Shown here in pieces: positions 39,084-47,758 of a DNA stretch of 64,000 bases. The translations under genes and the position numbers were made by a program. A model generated the notes under the pieces. The model was not told where the DNA came from. It worked only from the letters and a program-made list of their open reading frames with translations, and did no database searches. Numbering within the stretch: position 1 is the first letter of the stretch; every line of letters begins with the position of its first letter. The DNA is taken from NCBI GenBank assembly GCA_038999725.1, contig JAWBWS010000004.1, positions 717-64,716 of the forward strand, written 5' to 3'. Source of the DNA: Candidatus Aenigmatarchaeota archaeon. GTDB taxonomy: Archaea > Aenigmatarchaeota > Aenigmatarchaeia > CG10238-14 > SCSR01.

Positions 39084-40304
39084 ATGAAGATTGCTTTCAT
39101 CTCTTGGGAGTATACTCCTTTCTTGGTAGGTGGTCTTGGGATTTATTCTTTGAACATGACAAGAAAGTTTGTTGAGAAGGGAAATGAAGTTTCAGTTTTC
39201 ACCATGAATCCAAAAAATTCAAAGGAGTTTGAGGAAAAAAATGGGATAAAAATTTACAGGTTCTCTTTTCTTGACAGCTCAAAGACAATTTCAATTTTTG
39301 CAAATAGTGATATTTTAAGTTGGGGGAAAGGTCTAAAGCTTTTTTCTGACATTTTTAATTACAATTTCCTCTTGACAAAAAAGTTTACTGAGCTACAAAA
39401 AAGGGAAAAGTTTGATATCATAGCCGTTCATGATTGGATTTCTGCTTTTTCTGGTTTGATGCTCAAGCAAACAAAAGTTCCAATAGTTTTTCACTTACAT
39501 TCTGTTGAAGAAATTAGAAATTTCCCAGGATCGGAGACTTTGAAAAGATTGGAGAGAGAAATGGCAAAAGAAGCTAATAAAGTGATAACGGTCTCCGAAT
39601 CCATGAGAGATTTTGTTGGATCAATAGGTTATGATAAAGAAAAAATTTCTGTATGCTGGAATGGAACAGATCCTGAAGCTTTTGATCCCAAAAAAGTTGA
39701 TCTTGAACTTGTGGAAAAATTGAAAGAAAGATATAAAATAAGAGAAGAGAAAATTGTTTTTTTCATTGGCAGGCTTGTGTGGTTCAAGGGAATTTACAAT
39801 TTGGTTAAAGCCATGAGTTTTGTTTTAAAAGAATTTCCAAACACGAAGCTTATTATGGTGGGGATTGGTGAAAGTGAAAATCTTATGCAAGAGGTAAAAG
39901 CCTTAGGTTTAGAAAAAAATATCGTTTTGGTAAATAAGTGGTTAAGTGATGAAGAAAAGCTTGCCCACTTTTATTTGGCTGATGTTTGTGTTTTCCCAAG
40001 CATAAACGAGCCCTTTGGTATAGTTGCTTCTGAAGCTATGGCAATGGAAAAGCCTGTTGTTGTTGGTGCTTCCGGTGTTTCTGGCTTTAAAGAACAGGTT
40101 GTTCCTTCTGGTGAAAAAAGGACAGGAGTTCATGTGGATGGAAATAGCCCTCAAGATGTAGCCTGGGGAATAAAAGAGGTTTTGGGGAATTTAGAAGAAG
40201 CTAAGAAATGGGGGAAAAATGGGAGGGAGCTTGTGCTTGAAAAATTCAACTTTGAGTTAACTGCAACTAAGACATTATCAATTTATGAAAGCTTGCTGAA
40301 ATAA
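39084..40304 (+). CDS. GT4 glycosyltransferase
   Basis: VGGLG, VHDW, GRLVWFKG, EPFGIVASEA. Confidence 0.92.
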   Translation: MKIAFISWEYTPFLVGGLGIYSLNMTRKFVEKGNEVSVFTMNPKNSKEFEEKNGIKIYRFSFLDSSKTISIFANSDILSWGKGLKLFSDIFNYNFLLTKKFTELQKREKFDIIAVHDWISAFSGLMLKQTKVPIVFHLHSVEEIRNFPGSETLKRLEREMAKEANKVITVSESMRDFVGSIGYDKEKISVCWNGTDPEAFDPKKVDLELVEKLKERYKIREEKIVFFIGRLVWFKGIYNLVKAMSFVLKEFPNTKLIMVGIGESENLMQEVKALGLEKNIVLVNKWLSDEEKLAHFYLADVCVFPSINEPFGIVASEAMAMEKPVVVGASGVSGFKEQVVPSGEKRTGVHVDGNSPQDVAWGIKEVLGNLEEAKKWGKNGRELVLEKFNFELTATKTLSIYESLLK

Positions 40305-40311
40305 TTAATTG

Positions 40312-41118
40312 ATGGTAAGGATAATAGGAATAGTTTCTGGTAAAGGGGGTGTGGGTAAAACAACAGTCACAGCTAATCTTGCTCTTGCTTTGGCTAAACT
40401 TGGAAAAGAGGTTAGGGTTATTGATTGTAACATCACAACTTCCCATTTAGGCTTTCTCTTTGATTTTCATTTTTACCCTAAGAGCTTGAATGATGTGTTA
40501 GCTGGAAGAACTTCAATAGAGGAAGTCACTTTCTTCAAAGAGGGAATAGGGATAATTCCCGCAAGCCTAAAAGTTGAAGATTTGGCTGGAGTTAATATTG
40601 AGAATCTGAAAGAGGTGATCAAAGGGATAGAAGCTGATTTTGTTTTACTCGATTCTGCCCCTGGTCTTGGTAAAGAAGCTTTAAGCGTTTTAACAGCAGC
40701 ACGAGAAGTTCTTTTTGTCACTGTTCCTTATTTAAACTCTGTTATTGATGTTGTTAAATGTGAAAAGGTGGCAAAAAGTCTTGGCTTAGCTCCTTTGGGA
40801 ATAGTTTTGAACATGGTTAAGGGCTATCCTCATGAGATGAGCAAAAAAGAAATAGAAGAAATCACAAATCTTCCAACCTTAGCAGAAATTCCATATGACG
40901 AGAACGTTAGCATAGCACTATCTTTTGGTAAGTCCGTCCTCCATTTCAACCCATACTCACCAGCAAGCTTAGAATTTAAAAAGCTTGCTGGCAAAATTTC
41001 AGGGATTGAAGTCGAGGAGAAAAAACCCAATGTTTTTTCTAGGCTTGTGTTGAACTTAAGGAACAAGCTTTTGCTAAGGAGACCCCTCAAGCCTGAGCTT
41101 CTGATAGAAAAGATTTAA
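40312..41118 (+). CDS. minD: MinD/ParA-family ATPase
   Basis: SGKGGVGKTT, LDSAPG; archaeal MinD-like length. Confidence 0.85.
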   Translation: MVRIIGIVSGKGGVGKTTVTANLALALAKLGKEVRVIDCNITTSHLGFLFDFHFYPKSLNDVLAGRTSIEEVTFFKEGIGIIPASLKVEDLAGVNIENLKEVIKGIEADFVLLDSAPGLGKEALSVLTAAREVLFVTVPYLNSVIDVVKCEKVAKSLGLAPLGIVLNMVKGYPHEMSKKEIEEITNLPTLAEIPYDENVSIALSFGKSVLHFNPYSPASLEFKKLAGKISGIEVEEKKPNVFSRLVLNLRNKLLLRRPLKPELLIEKI

Positions 41119-41150
41119 AAATGGAAAAGACAAATTGAGATTCTGAGAAG

Positions 41151-41579
41151 ATGAAAAGAGAAAAGGCAAAAGTTGTGTTCACCGTGGGAAAAAGAAAGAG
41201 GGCAATAGCTAGAGCAAAAGTTGTCCCTGGTACAGGAAGAGTTATAATTAACTCTAAACCTTTGGAAATTTGGGGGAATGAATACATGAGGCTTCGTGTC
41301 AAAGAACCTTTGCTTTTATCAGAAGATTTGGGTGGAAAGCTTGATTTTTATGTGAATGTTAAAGGTGGTGGTACAACAGGTCAGACAGAGGCTATAAGAA
41401 CAGCTATTGCAAGAGGTTTGGTAGAGTTTTCAAAAGACAAGAAGCTTGAAGAAAAGCTCTTGAATTATGATAGGAATCTGCTCGTCTTTGACTTCAGAAG
41501 AACAGAGCCTCACCATGGTAGCGGAAGGGGAGCAAGCAAGCGTGGCTCAAGACGTCATAAACAGAGGAGTAAGAGATAA
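41151..41579 (+). CDS. rps9: 30S ribosomal protein S9
   Basis: GKRKRAIARA, VKGGGTTGQ, DFRRTEP, QRSKR. Confidence 0.96.
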   Translation: MKREKAKVVFTVGKRKRAIARAKVVPGTGRVIINSKPLEIWGNEYMRLRVKEPLLLSEDLGGKLDFYVNVKGGGTTGQTEAIRTAIARGLVEFSKDKKLEEKLLNYDRNLLVFDFRRTEPHHGSGRGASKRGSRRHKQRSKR

Positions 41580-41582
41580 AAG

Positions 41583-41855
41583 TTAGCTTTTAAGATAGAG
41601 TTCTAGCAATCTTTTTATGTCAGATATTGGAAGTTTTATTTCAGATTTGGGTAAGAAGAAAGTTAAGTATTTGTTCTCATCTATTTTTGTCAGGTTATCG
41701 ATTGGGATTTTTTCTATTTTATAAATCAGTTTTAGCTCATCTTTGGTCAGAATATGTAAATCAACAAAAAGGTAAGAAGATTTGCTAGATGGGAAAATCG
41801 TGACACAAAATTTCTCATACTCTAAATAAGGTAAAATGGCATCTCTCTTTAACAT
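41583..41855 (-). CDS. Hypothetical protein
   Basis: 90-aa ORF filling the gap between rps9 and the mutase gene. Confidence 0.45.
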   Translation of the reverse strand: MLKRDAILPYLEYEKFCVTIFPSSKSSYLFVDLHILTKDELKLIYKIEKIPIDNLTKIDENKYLTFFLPKSEIKLPISDIKRLLELYLKS

Positions 41856-41997
41856 TTTCTCAATTTTCCCTTAAACTTTAATCTATTTAATTCTTTCTAT
41901 TTCTCATGAAAACTGTAAAAAAGTAATATATTAATGTGCAAATTTTTCCTTTTAAACTATCAATCTTTTAGTTAAAATTCCAAATAATTTATTTTAG

Positions 41998-43374
41998 ATG
42001 GGATCTAAAAACAGTGAAAACATCTTCAGGCCAAATGACATCAGAGGTATATATGGTAGAGATTTAACGGAAGATGTAGCAGAAAAAATTGGCAAAGCTT
42101 TTGGAACTCTTTTGGGAGAGGGGAAAGTTGTGGCTGTGGGGAGAGATGTAAGACTAAGCAGTAAGAGCTTAAGAGATTCTCTAGTCAAGGGTTTAATTTC
42201 TACAGGCTGCAATGTTGTAGATATCGGTGTAGTAACCACACCCGCCTTTTACTTTTCCCTTTTTTTCTACAAGTTCGATGGTGGTATAATGATAACAGCT
42301 TCACACAATCCTCCAGAATGGAATGGTTTTCACATATACAGAGGAATAAACTCTTTGATTGTCGAAGAAGAAATCAACAAACTGAAAGAAATTATAGAGA
42401 AAGAAGAATTCAGAAAAGCCAAAAAGAAAGGTAAGGTTAGAAAGCATTATATTCTAAAAGATTACATAAGCTTCCTTTCTTCAAAAGTAAAGATTAAGAA
42501 AAAATTGAAGGTAGTTGTGGATTGCTCGAATGGTTGTGCAGCTTTGGTTATACCAAAGCTTCTCAAGAAGCTTGACCAAGAAGTTGTTGTGCTTAATGCT
42601 AAAATGGATGGTAAATTTCCTGCTCATGGACCAGATGTAAAGGAAGAAAACTTGAAAGAATTGAAAAAAATGGTTAAAGAAATTAAAGCAGATTTAGGGG
42701 TTTGTTATGATGGGGATGCTGATAGAGCAGCTTTTGTTGATGAAAGGGGTAGAGTTATACAAGGTGATAAGGCAGCTTTGATTATTTTGGAAGATGTGTT
42801 CAGGAGAAAGAAATCTCCAAGAATTTTAGATGATGTGAGTTGCTCTTCTGCTATAGAAGAATATATAAGAAGTAAAGGTGGTATCCTAAAAACAAGCAGG
42901 AGGGGTCACGCTTTTCTTCAACAAATAATGAGAAAAGAAAAAATTGATTTTGGTTTTGAAAAAAGTTCTCATTTTTATTTTTCAGAGCTAAGAGGTTTTG
43001 ACGACGCTGCTCTAGCAACTCTGAAAGTAGCCGAAGTCCTCTCAAGAAGCAAAAGAAGTTTTTCTCAAATCGTTAATTCTATTAACTGGCCTCCAAGCAA
43101 AGAAGAAACTTTGTATTGTGATGATGAAATTAAGCTTAAGGTCATTCAAAATGTGAAAAAAGAAATTCGCATACTTGGATTTAAAACTATTGAGCTAGAT
43201 GGGGTAAAAGCCTTCATGCAAGAAGGATGGTTTTTAGTAAGAGCTTCGATAACAGAGCCTGCCATAAGAATTACTGTTGAGGCAAAAGAAGAAAAAGCAT
43301 TAAAGGAAATTTTAAGCTTCACAAAGAAGCTTGTGAAGAAAGAAATAAATATATGTTCAGCTAAGGTAAAATGA
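41998..43374 (+). CDS. Phosphomannomutase/phosphoglucomutase
   Basis: [24 protein letters not shown]. Confidence 0.93.
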   Translation: MGSKNSENIFRPNDIRGIYGRDLTEDVAEKIGKAFGTLLGEGKVVAVGRDVRLSSKSLRDSLVKGLISTGCNVVDIGVVTTPAFYFSLFFYKFDGGIMITASHNPPEWNGFHIYRGINSLIVEEEINKLKEIIEKEEFRKAKKKGKVRKHYILKDYISFLSSKVKIKKKLKVVVDCSNGCAALVIPKLLKKLDQEVVVLNAKMDGKFPAHGPDVKEENLKELKKMVKEIKADLGVCYDGDADRAAFVDERGRVIQGDKAALIILEDVFRRKKSPRILDDVSCSSAIEEYIRSKGGILKTSRRGHAFLQQIMRKEKIDFGFEKSSHFYFSELRGFDDAALATLKVAEVLSRSKRSFSQIVNSINWPPSKEETLYCDDEIKLKVIQNVKKEIRILGFKTIELDGVKAFMQEGWFLVRASITEPAIRITVEAKEEKALKEILSFTKKLVKKEINICSAKVK

Positions 43375-43384
43375 AGGGAAGTTT

Positions 43385-43579
43385 ATGATAATCCCTGTTA
43401 GGTGCTTTACCTGTGGCAAGCCTATTGGACACTTATGGGAAGAATATAAAAAAAGGGTAGGGATGGGAGAGGATTCAGGAAAAGTATTGGATAGCCTAGG
43501 GTTAAAGCGTTACTGCTGCAGGCAGGTATTTTTGGGTACAGTAGAGCTACTTAGAGAGGTGGAGGAATTCAAACCATAA
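43385..43579 (+). CDS. rpoN: RNA polymerase subunit N (Rpo10)
   Basis: [17 protein letters not shown]. Confidence 0.97.
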   Translation: MIIPVRCFTCGKPIGHLWEEYKKRVGMGEDSGKVLDSLGLKRYCCRQVFLGTVELLREVEEFKP

Positions 43580-43645
43580 TATTTTTAACACTAAATTCAA
43601 AAAATATTTACATACTGGTGGTAAAAAATTTTGAAAGATGATGGG

Positions 43646-43909
43646 ATGATATGGCCTGCTGACAGGTTGACGAGATTCGAGTTTGCAAGGATACTTGGCG
43701 CCAGAGCTTTGCAAATTTCTCTAGGTGCACCAATTTTGGTTAAAACTGATGCAACTGATCCAATTGAAATAGCAAAAATAGAATTTAAAGAAAAAATGAT
43801 TCCAATAACTGTGAAAAGAAGGTTGCCCAATGGGGAAGAAATGGTAATAAACATCAAAAAAGCAATGGAAAACTGGATTGCGGAGCATGGGGAAGAAGAT
43901 TTAATTTAG
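43646..43909 (+). CDS. rpoK: RNA polymerase subunit K (Rpo6)
   Basis: [22 protein letters not shown]; start placed at ATG 43646. Confidence 0.95.
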   Translation: MIWPADRLTRFEFARILGARALQISLGAPILVKTDATDPIEIAKIEFKEKMIPITVKRRLPNGEEMVINIKKAMENWIAEHGEEDLI

Positions 43910-45406
43910 ATACATCTTGTAAATTTTTTCTACCTGATTGTCTGAAATGAAAAAAGAAAAATCTTGTGAAAGGTTTGGGTCTTTTTTGCTAATATGAAGG
44001 AGAAGTACAATCTCCTTCTTCAAATCTTCTGACATTTTCTCAAATTTCTCTCTTTCTACAGGAGGTACAACCTCAGAGTAAATGTGGGGATACTTTTCAG
44101 CATGAATTGAGGCAAAATCTGGATCACACCATTTTTTGTAATTATCGTATTTCTTAAAGTAAGGGCTCAAGCCCCTAACAGAAGGTCTCATATATGATGA
44201 ACCTGAAGATGCGTGTAAGCTCAATGGACAACCAACAGCACATTTTTTGGAACTTAAAACATCAACCAATATTTTGTAATTCCTTCCCCACTCATTTTCT
44301 CTTTCAATTGAGAACCTTTTCCTAATTTTTTCTTCCATTTCTCTTACAACATGCACAACTATAGCTTTTCCCAATATTCTGAGATTTCCATAAGCATTTA
44401 TTAGCTTTTCATCTTCTATATCCATCGAATTCAAGATTTTTTCATAAGTTTCTGTTGGCTTTTTTAAACCACCTGTCCATATGTGAAGGCTTCTGTTTCC
44501 AGAAAAATGAACATAACCTTTTATCCCATAGCTATTTAAGAAATTTAAAATTTGAGAAATTACTTCAAAAGAAAGAGCATATGCCTTTTGTAGGTCTATT
44601 ATTTTTAACATATCTCCAATATCAGTCTCTATAACAAAAATTGAAGGAAAATCGTCTTCCTTCTTGTCAACTGAAGTATAAATTTGTATCATGTTATATT
44701 CTCTCACATATTTTTCAAAATCTTCAGGGCTTTCTGGCGGTGGCAAAAGTTCCTTTCTATATTTAAGCCACATCCTCATTTTTGGCTTTTCACATCCTTT
44801 GGCCCATTTTATCCTCACATATCTATCCCTACAAAAATTTTTTATGACTTCTTGGACTATGGGCTTAGAGTAATATTTCAATAACTTTTCTTTGTCGACC
44901 CTCATGTCAAAAGCTGAAAATCTTTCAGTTTCTGGTAGTGGTGAATCGTAAACCACTTTTCTTGTACCATCTGTATCAAAAACAATTCTCAATCTATTCT
45001 CAACATTCCAGCCCCAGTCTTCTGGAAGTAAAATAGCGAAAATTTCAGTCATTATGTTTTTCTTGAATCTATCTAAACCTCCTCTGTAAGAACTTGTGAA
45101 AGAAACTGGTAAAAATGAATAGTTCTCATCTGCTTCGAATGAAACTTTCAGTGGAATCTCTTGTCTTCCAGGCTTGTTTTTTCTACCAAAGAAATAAGGT
45201 ATAAAAATTTTATACAAGCTCTCCCTTATTTTGTTCATATTCTCTATATTTTTTCTCTCAAAAGCTGCACAAAATTCAATCGTGTAATTAACTTTATTCC
45301 TGAATTTTTTCTCCTGCCAAAACTCGTCAATTTTGTTGTAGAGGAGAGAAGTTAATTCTTGTAAGTTAAAACATTTTCCAGGCTCTTTTTTAAACCTTGG
45401 TCTCAA
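43901..45406 (-). CDS. Archaeo-eukaryotic primase (AEP)-superfamily primase/polymerase with N-terminal extension
   Basis: Motif I FVIETD, motif [13 protein letters not shown], motif III ILVD followed by CPLSLH. Confidence 0.72.
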   Translation of the reverse strand: MRPRFKKEPGKCFNLQELTSLLYNKIDEFWQEKKFRNKVNYTIEFCAAFERKNIENMNKIRESLYKIFIPYFFGRKNKPGRQEIPLKVSFEADENYSFLPVSFTSSYRGGLDRFKKNIMTEIFAILLPEDWGWNVENRLRIVFDTDGTRKVVYDSPLPETERFSAFDMRVDKEKLLKYYSKPIVQEVIKNFCRDRYVRIKWAKGCEKPKMRMWLKYRKELLPPPESPEDFEKYVREYNMIQIYTSVDKKEDDFPSIFVIETDIGDMLKIIDLQKAYALSFEVISQILNFLNSYGIKGYVHFSGNRSLHIWTGGLKKPTETYEKILNSMDIEDEKLINAYGNLRILGKAIVVHVVREMEEKIRKRFSIERENEWGRNYKILVDVLSSKKCAVGCPLSLHASSGSSYMRPSVRGLSPYFKKYDNYKKWCDPDFASIHAEKYPHIYSEVVPPVEREKFEKMSEDLKKEIVLLLHISKKDPNLSQDFSFFISDNQVEKIYKMYLN

Positions 45407-45420
45407 CCTTGTCTTCCCCT

Positions 45421-47712
45421 TTATTTTTGCATGTATTTAGTCAGTTTGTTATCTTTGGATGAATACTCTAACCTTAAGAGAGGTGAGAGAGGTTTAAGCC
45501 TCTCCATCAAATATTCTATGTAAACGTTTATATCAATTTTACCTTTAGGTTTTTCTGAGAAATCTATTCCACTGGTAGTTACAAAAAATTCAATGAAATT
45601 GCCTGGCTTCTTACCCGATTCCTCATATGCCCTTCTCAACAAATCTAGTCTGAAACTTCTTTTTTCATACTTATCTAAACTTTTGCTCAACCTTCCCACT
45701 ATTTTGTAGTCCTCCAGGTTTTCTAAACTTTCTATTCTTTTTAGCTGTTTTTGTAACTCTCTTCTTGCTTCATTCAAACCATATTTCACAAACTTTTCTA
45801 CAATTTCATTTACCGCCTCTCTTACAATTTTTGGATCCATCCTGCTTGTTCCTCTCCATCCTATTTTAACTATTTTTCCACTTTCTGTTGCTATAGCTTG
45901 TTTTTTATTCAAAGGAATGAAAACATCTTCGTGCTTATTATAATCTGTTATTAAGAAAGGATATTCCCTCTTTAACTTTTCAATAGCATTTATTGTTTTT
46001 TCAGCTTCACCTGAAATAAAACCCCTACATCTTAATGGAGACAAATAAACAATTTCACATTCTCCCAGCTTCTTTGTTTCAGTAAGCCTCTTGTAAATTT
46101 CAGAAAATTTTTTATAAATTTTTTCTGAAATTTCTTCATTTGTGAAAATTTTTCTCCCAAAAAGTAAGTGTGAGCTTATAGAGTTTATCGCAAAAGAATA
46201 AACATCAAAAACTCTGTTCCTACCTTTTTCATCAACACCAAAAGCATCTGGGCCTCCCTTTATCCTAAAAATTTTTTCAAATAAATTTAAGTAAGGTCTA
46301 AACTCTTCTTCATCCTCTACTATCTGTGGTACAAAAGCAAAAGAAGGATAAATCCACCTTCCTTTAATTCTTTGGCCATATTTTTCTGTTAAAATTCTAT
46401 CATACTTATCAACAATTCTCTCTTTCTTTCTTGCTAATTTTGTGGACTCATTTCTCATTTTTGGAAAAATTTTACCTTGAACAAATTCTGAAGTTAAAAT
46501 AGCTTCACCTATTTCTTCCATAGTTTTTTTGAAAACAGTCTCAATATCGATTGAAAAAAACATGGGTAAAACCAATAGTTCTTGGTCAAACAATAGAAAC
46601 TCGGCAAGCTTCAAATGAGCGACAGCATCTTGAAAATTATGAGTTACTGTTTCTTCTACTTCTTTTTTGAGTTTATACAAATCTTCTGCATTTTTTATCT
46701 TGAGATAAATTTTAAACTTCCTGTAGTCAGTTTTCTTAAGTGTCTCTTTATCATTAAGAAAATGCCCTAAGAAATCTTCAAGACTTCTTATCGTGGGGCG
46801 CTCATGTTTAGAGATGTATAAAGAATCGGTAGAAGGTGTTATGCCTTCTGATGTTACAACTTGAATTGCTTGAACTGGTTTAAAATAAATTGGAATGTCA
46901 AATTTGTCCTCAGGCCTTTCTTTTGTTGAAGGAAACTCTTCATAATCTTTCTGTTTTTCAAGAAGAGAAGAGCCATGAACCATTTCTATATCTGCTCCTC
47001 TCCTGTACTCGTAAATTTTTTTTATCAAACTTTTTTCATCTGGCACAAGTTCAATCTCATATCCCCCCAAGATTTTCTTGAACTCTTCTAGAAGCCCAGA
47101 ATTTTCGTTAACTATCAAGACTTTTGAGAGCCCATCACTCCTCATTAAAGTAGCTAAAACTATTTGGTCGCCATAAGTTTCGTAATCAACTGTAAATAAA
47201 ACCAATTTCTTTCTCAATTTTTCAATTTGGTTTGTTGCTTCTTTTCTGGTTTTTGGTTTCTCTTGTTGAATAATTAATTTTCCTTCTTCCCCAACAAGCA
47301 CTCTTGTGTCCAAAAAATATCCAAACTCTGTAGAAAAGTTACTCTCTTCCAATTTAGAAAGCCAATACTCTTGTTTCCTTGAATTTGAAATATTTTCTTC
47401 AACCCCAATAACACCGTCTATTACTTTAAGCTTTAATTTTATCTCTTCATTTTCAGAAGGTAGAGAAATGAGGGAAGCTTTATAAACCTTGTCTCCAATG
47501 TATGTAACATCGTCTACAATATTAAATTGATTAACACCAAGCTTCCTTATTTCCTTCAGCACTTTCTCCTTTTTTTCAGGTCTTATAAAAACTCTTGTTC
47601 TTTTTTTCAGTTTTTCTTCTACCAAAACATCTTGCCCGTTTTTGTAATATTGGTAAACATTTCCCCCTCTTATTACAAGGCCAACCGGTCCAACAAGTTC
47701 TGAAATTTTCAT
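45421..47712 (-). CDS. Degenerate (probably polymerase-inactive) family B DNA polymerase-like protein
   Basis: ExoI VDYET, ExoIII HNFQDA, motif A remnant WIYPS, motif B remnant INSISS, motif C EIVYLSP without DTD, thumb-like IGWRGTSRMDPKIVREA and DINVYIE. Confidence 0.65.
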   Translation of the reverse strand: MKISELVGPVGLVIRGGNVYQYYKNGQDVLVEEKLKKRTRVFIRPEKKEKVLKEIRKLGVNQFNIVDDVTYIGDKVYKASLISLPSENEEIKLKLKVIDGVIGVEENISNSRKQEYWLSKLEESNFSTEFGYFLDTRVLVGEEGKLIIQQEKPKTRKEATNQIEKLRKKLVLFTVDYETYGDQIVLATLMRSDGLSKVLIVNENSGLLEEFKKILGGYEIELVPDEKSLIKKIYEYRRGADIEMVHGSSLLEKQKDYEEFPSTKERPEDKFDIPIYFKPVQAIQVVTSEGITPSTDSLYISKHERPTIRSLEDFLGHFLNDKETLKKTDYRKFKIYLKIKNAEDLYKLKKEVEETVTHNFQDAVAHLKLAEFLLFDQELLVLPMFFSIDIETVFKKTMEEIGEAILTSEFVQGKIFPKMRNESTKLARKKERIVDKYDRILTEKYGQRIKGRWIYPSFAFVPQIVEDEEEFRPYLNLFEKIFRIKGGPDAFGVDEKGRNRVFDVYSFAINSISSHLLFGRKIFTNEEISEKIYKKFSEIYKRLTETKKLGECEIVYLSPLRCRGFISGEAEKTINAIEKLKREYPFLITDYNKHEDVFIPLNKKQAIATESGKIVKIGWRGTSRMDPKIVREAVNEIVEKFVKYGLNEARRELQKQLKRIESLENLEDYKIVGRLSKSLDKYEKRSFRLDLLRRAYEESGKKPGNFIEFFVTTSGIDFSEKPKGKIDINVYIEYLMERLKPLSPLLRLEYSSKDNKLTKYMQK

Positions 47713-47758
47713 AAATTTATGAAAAAAGCTTAAATATTTAAGTTCTATCTGATTCTTT

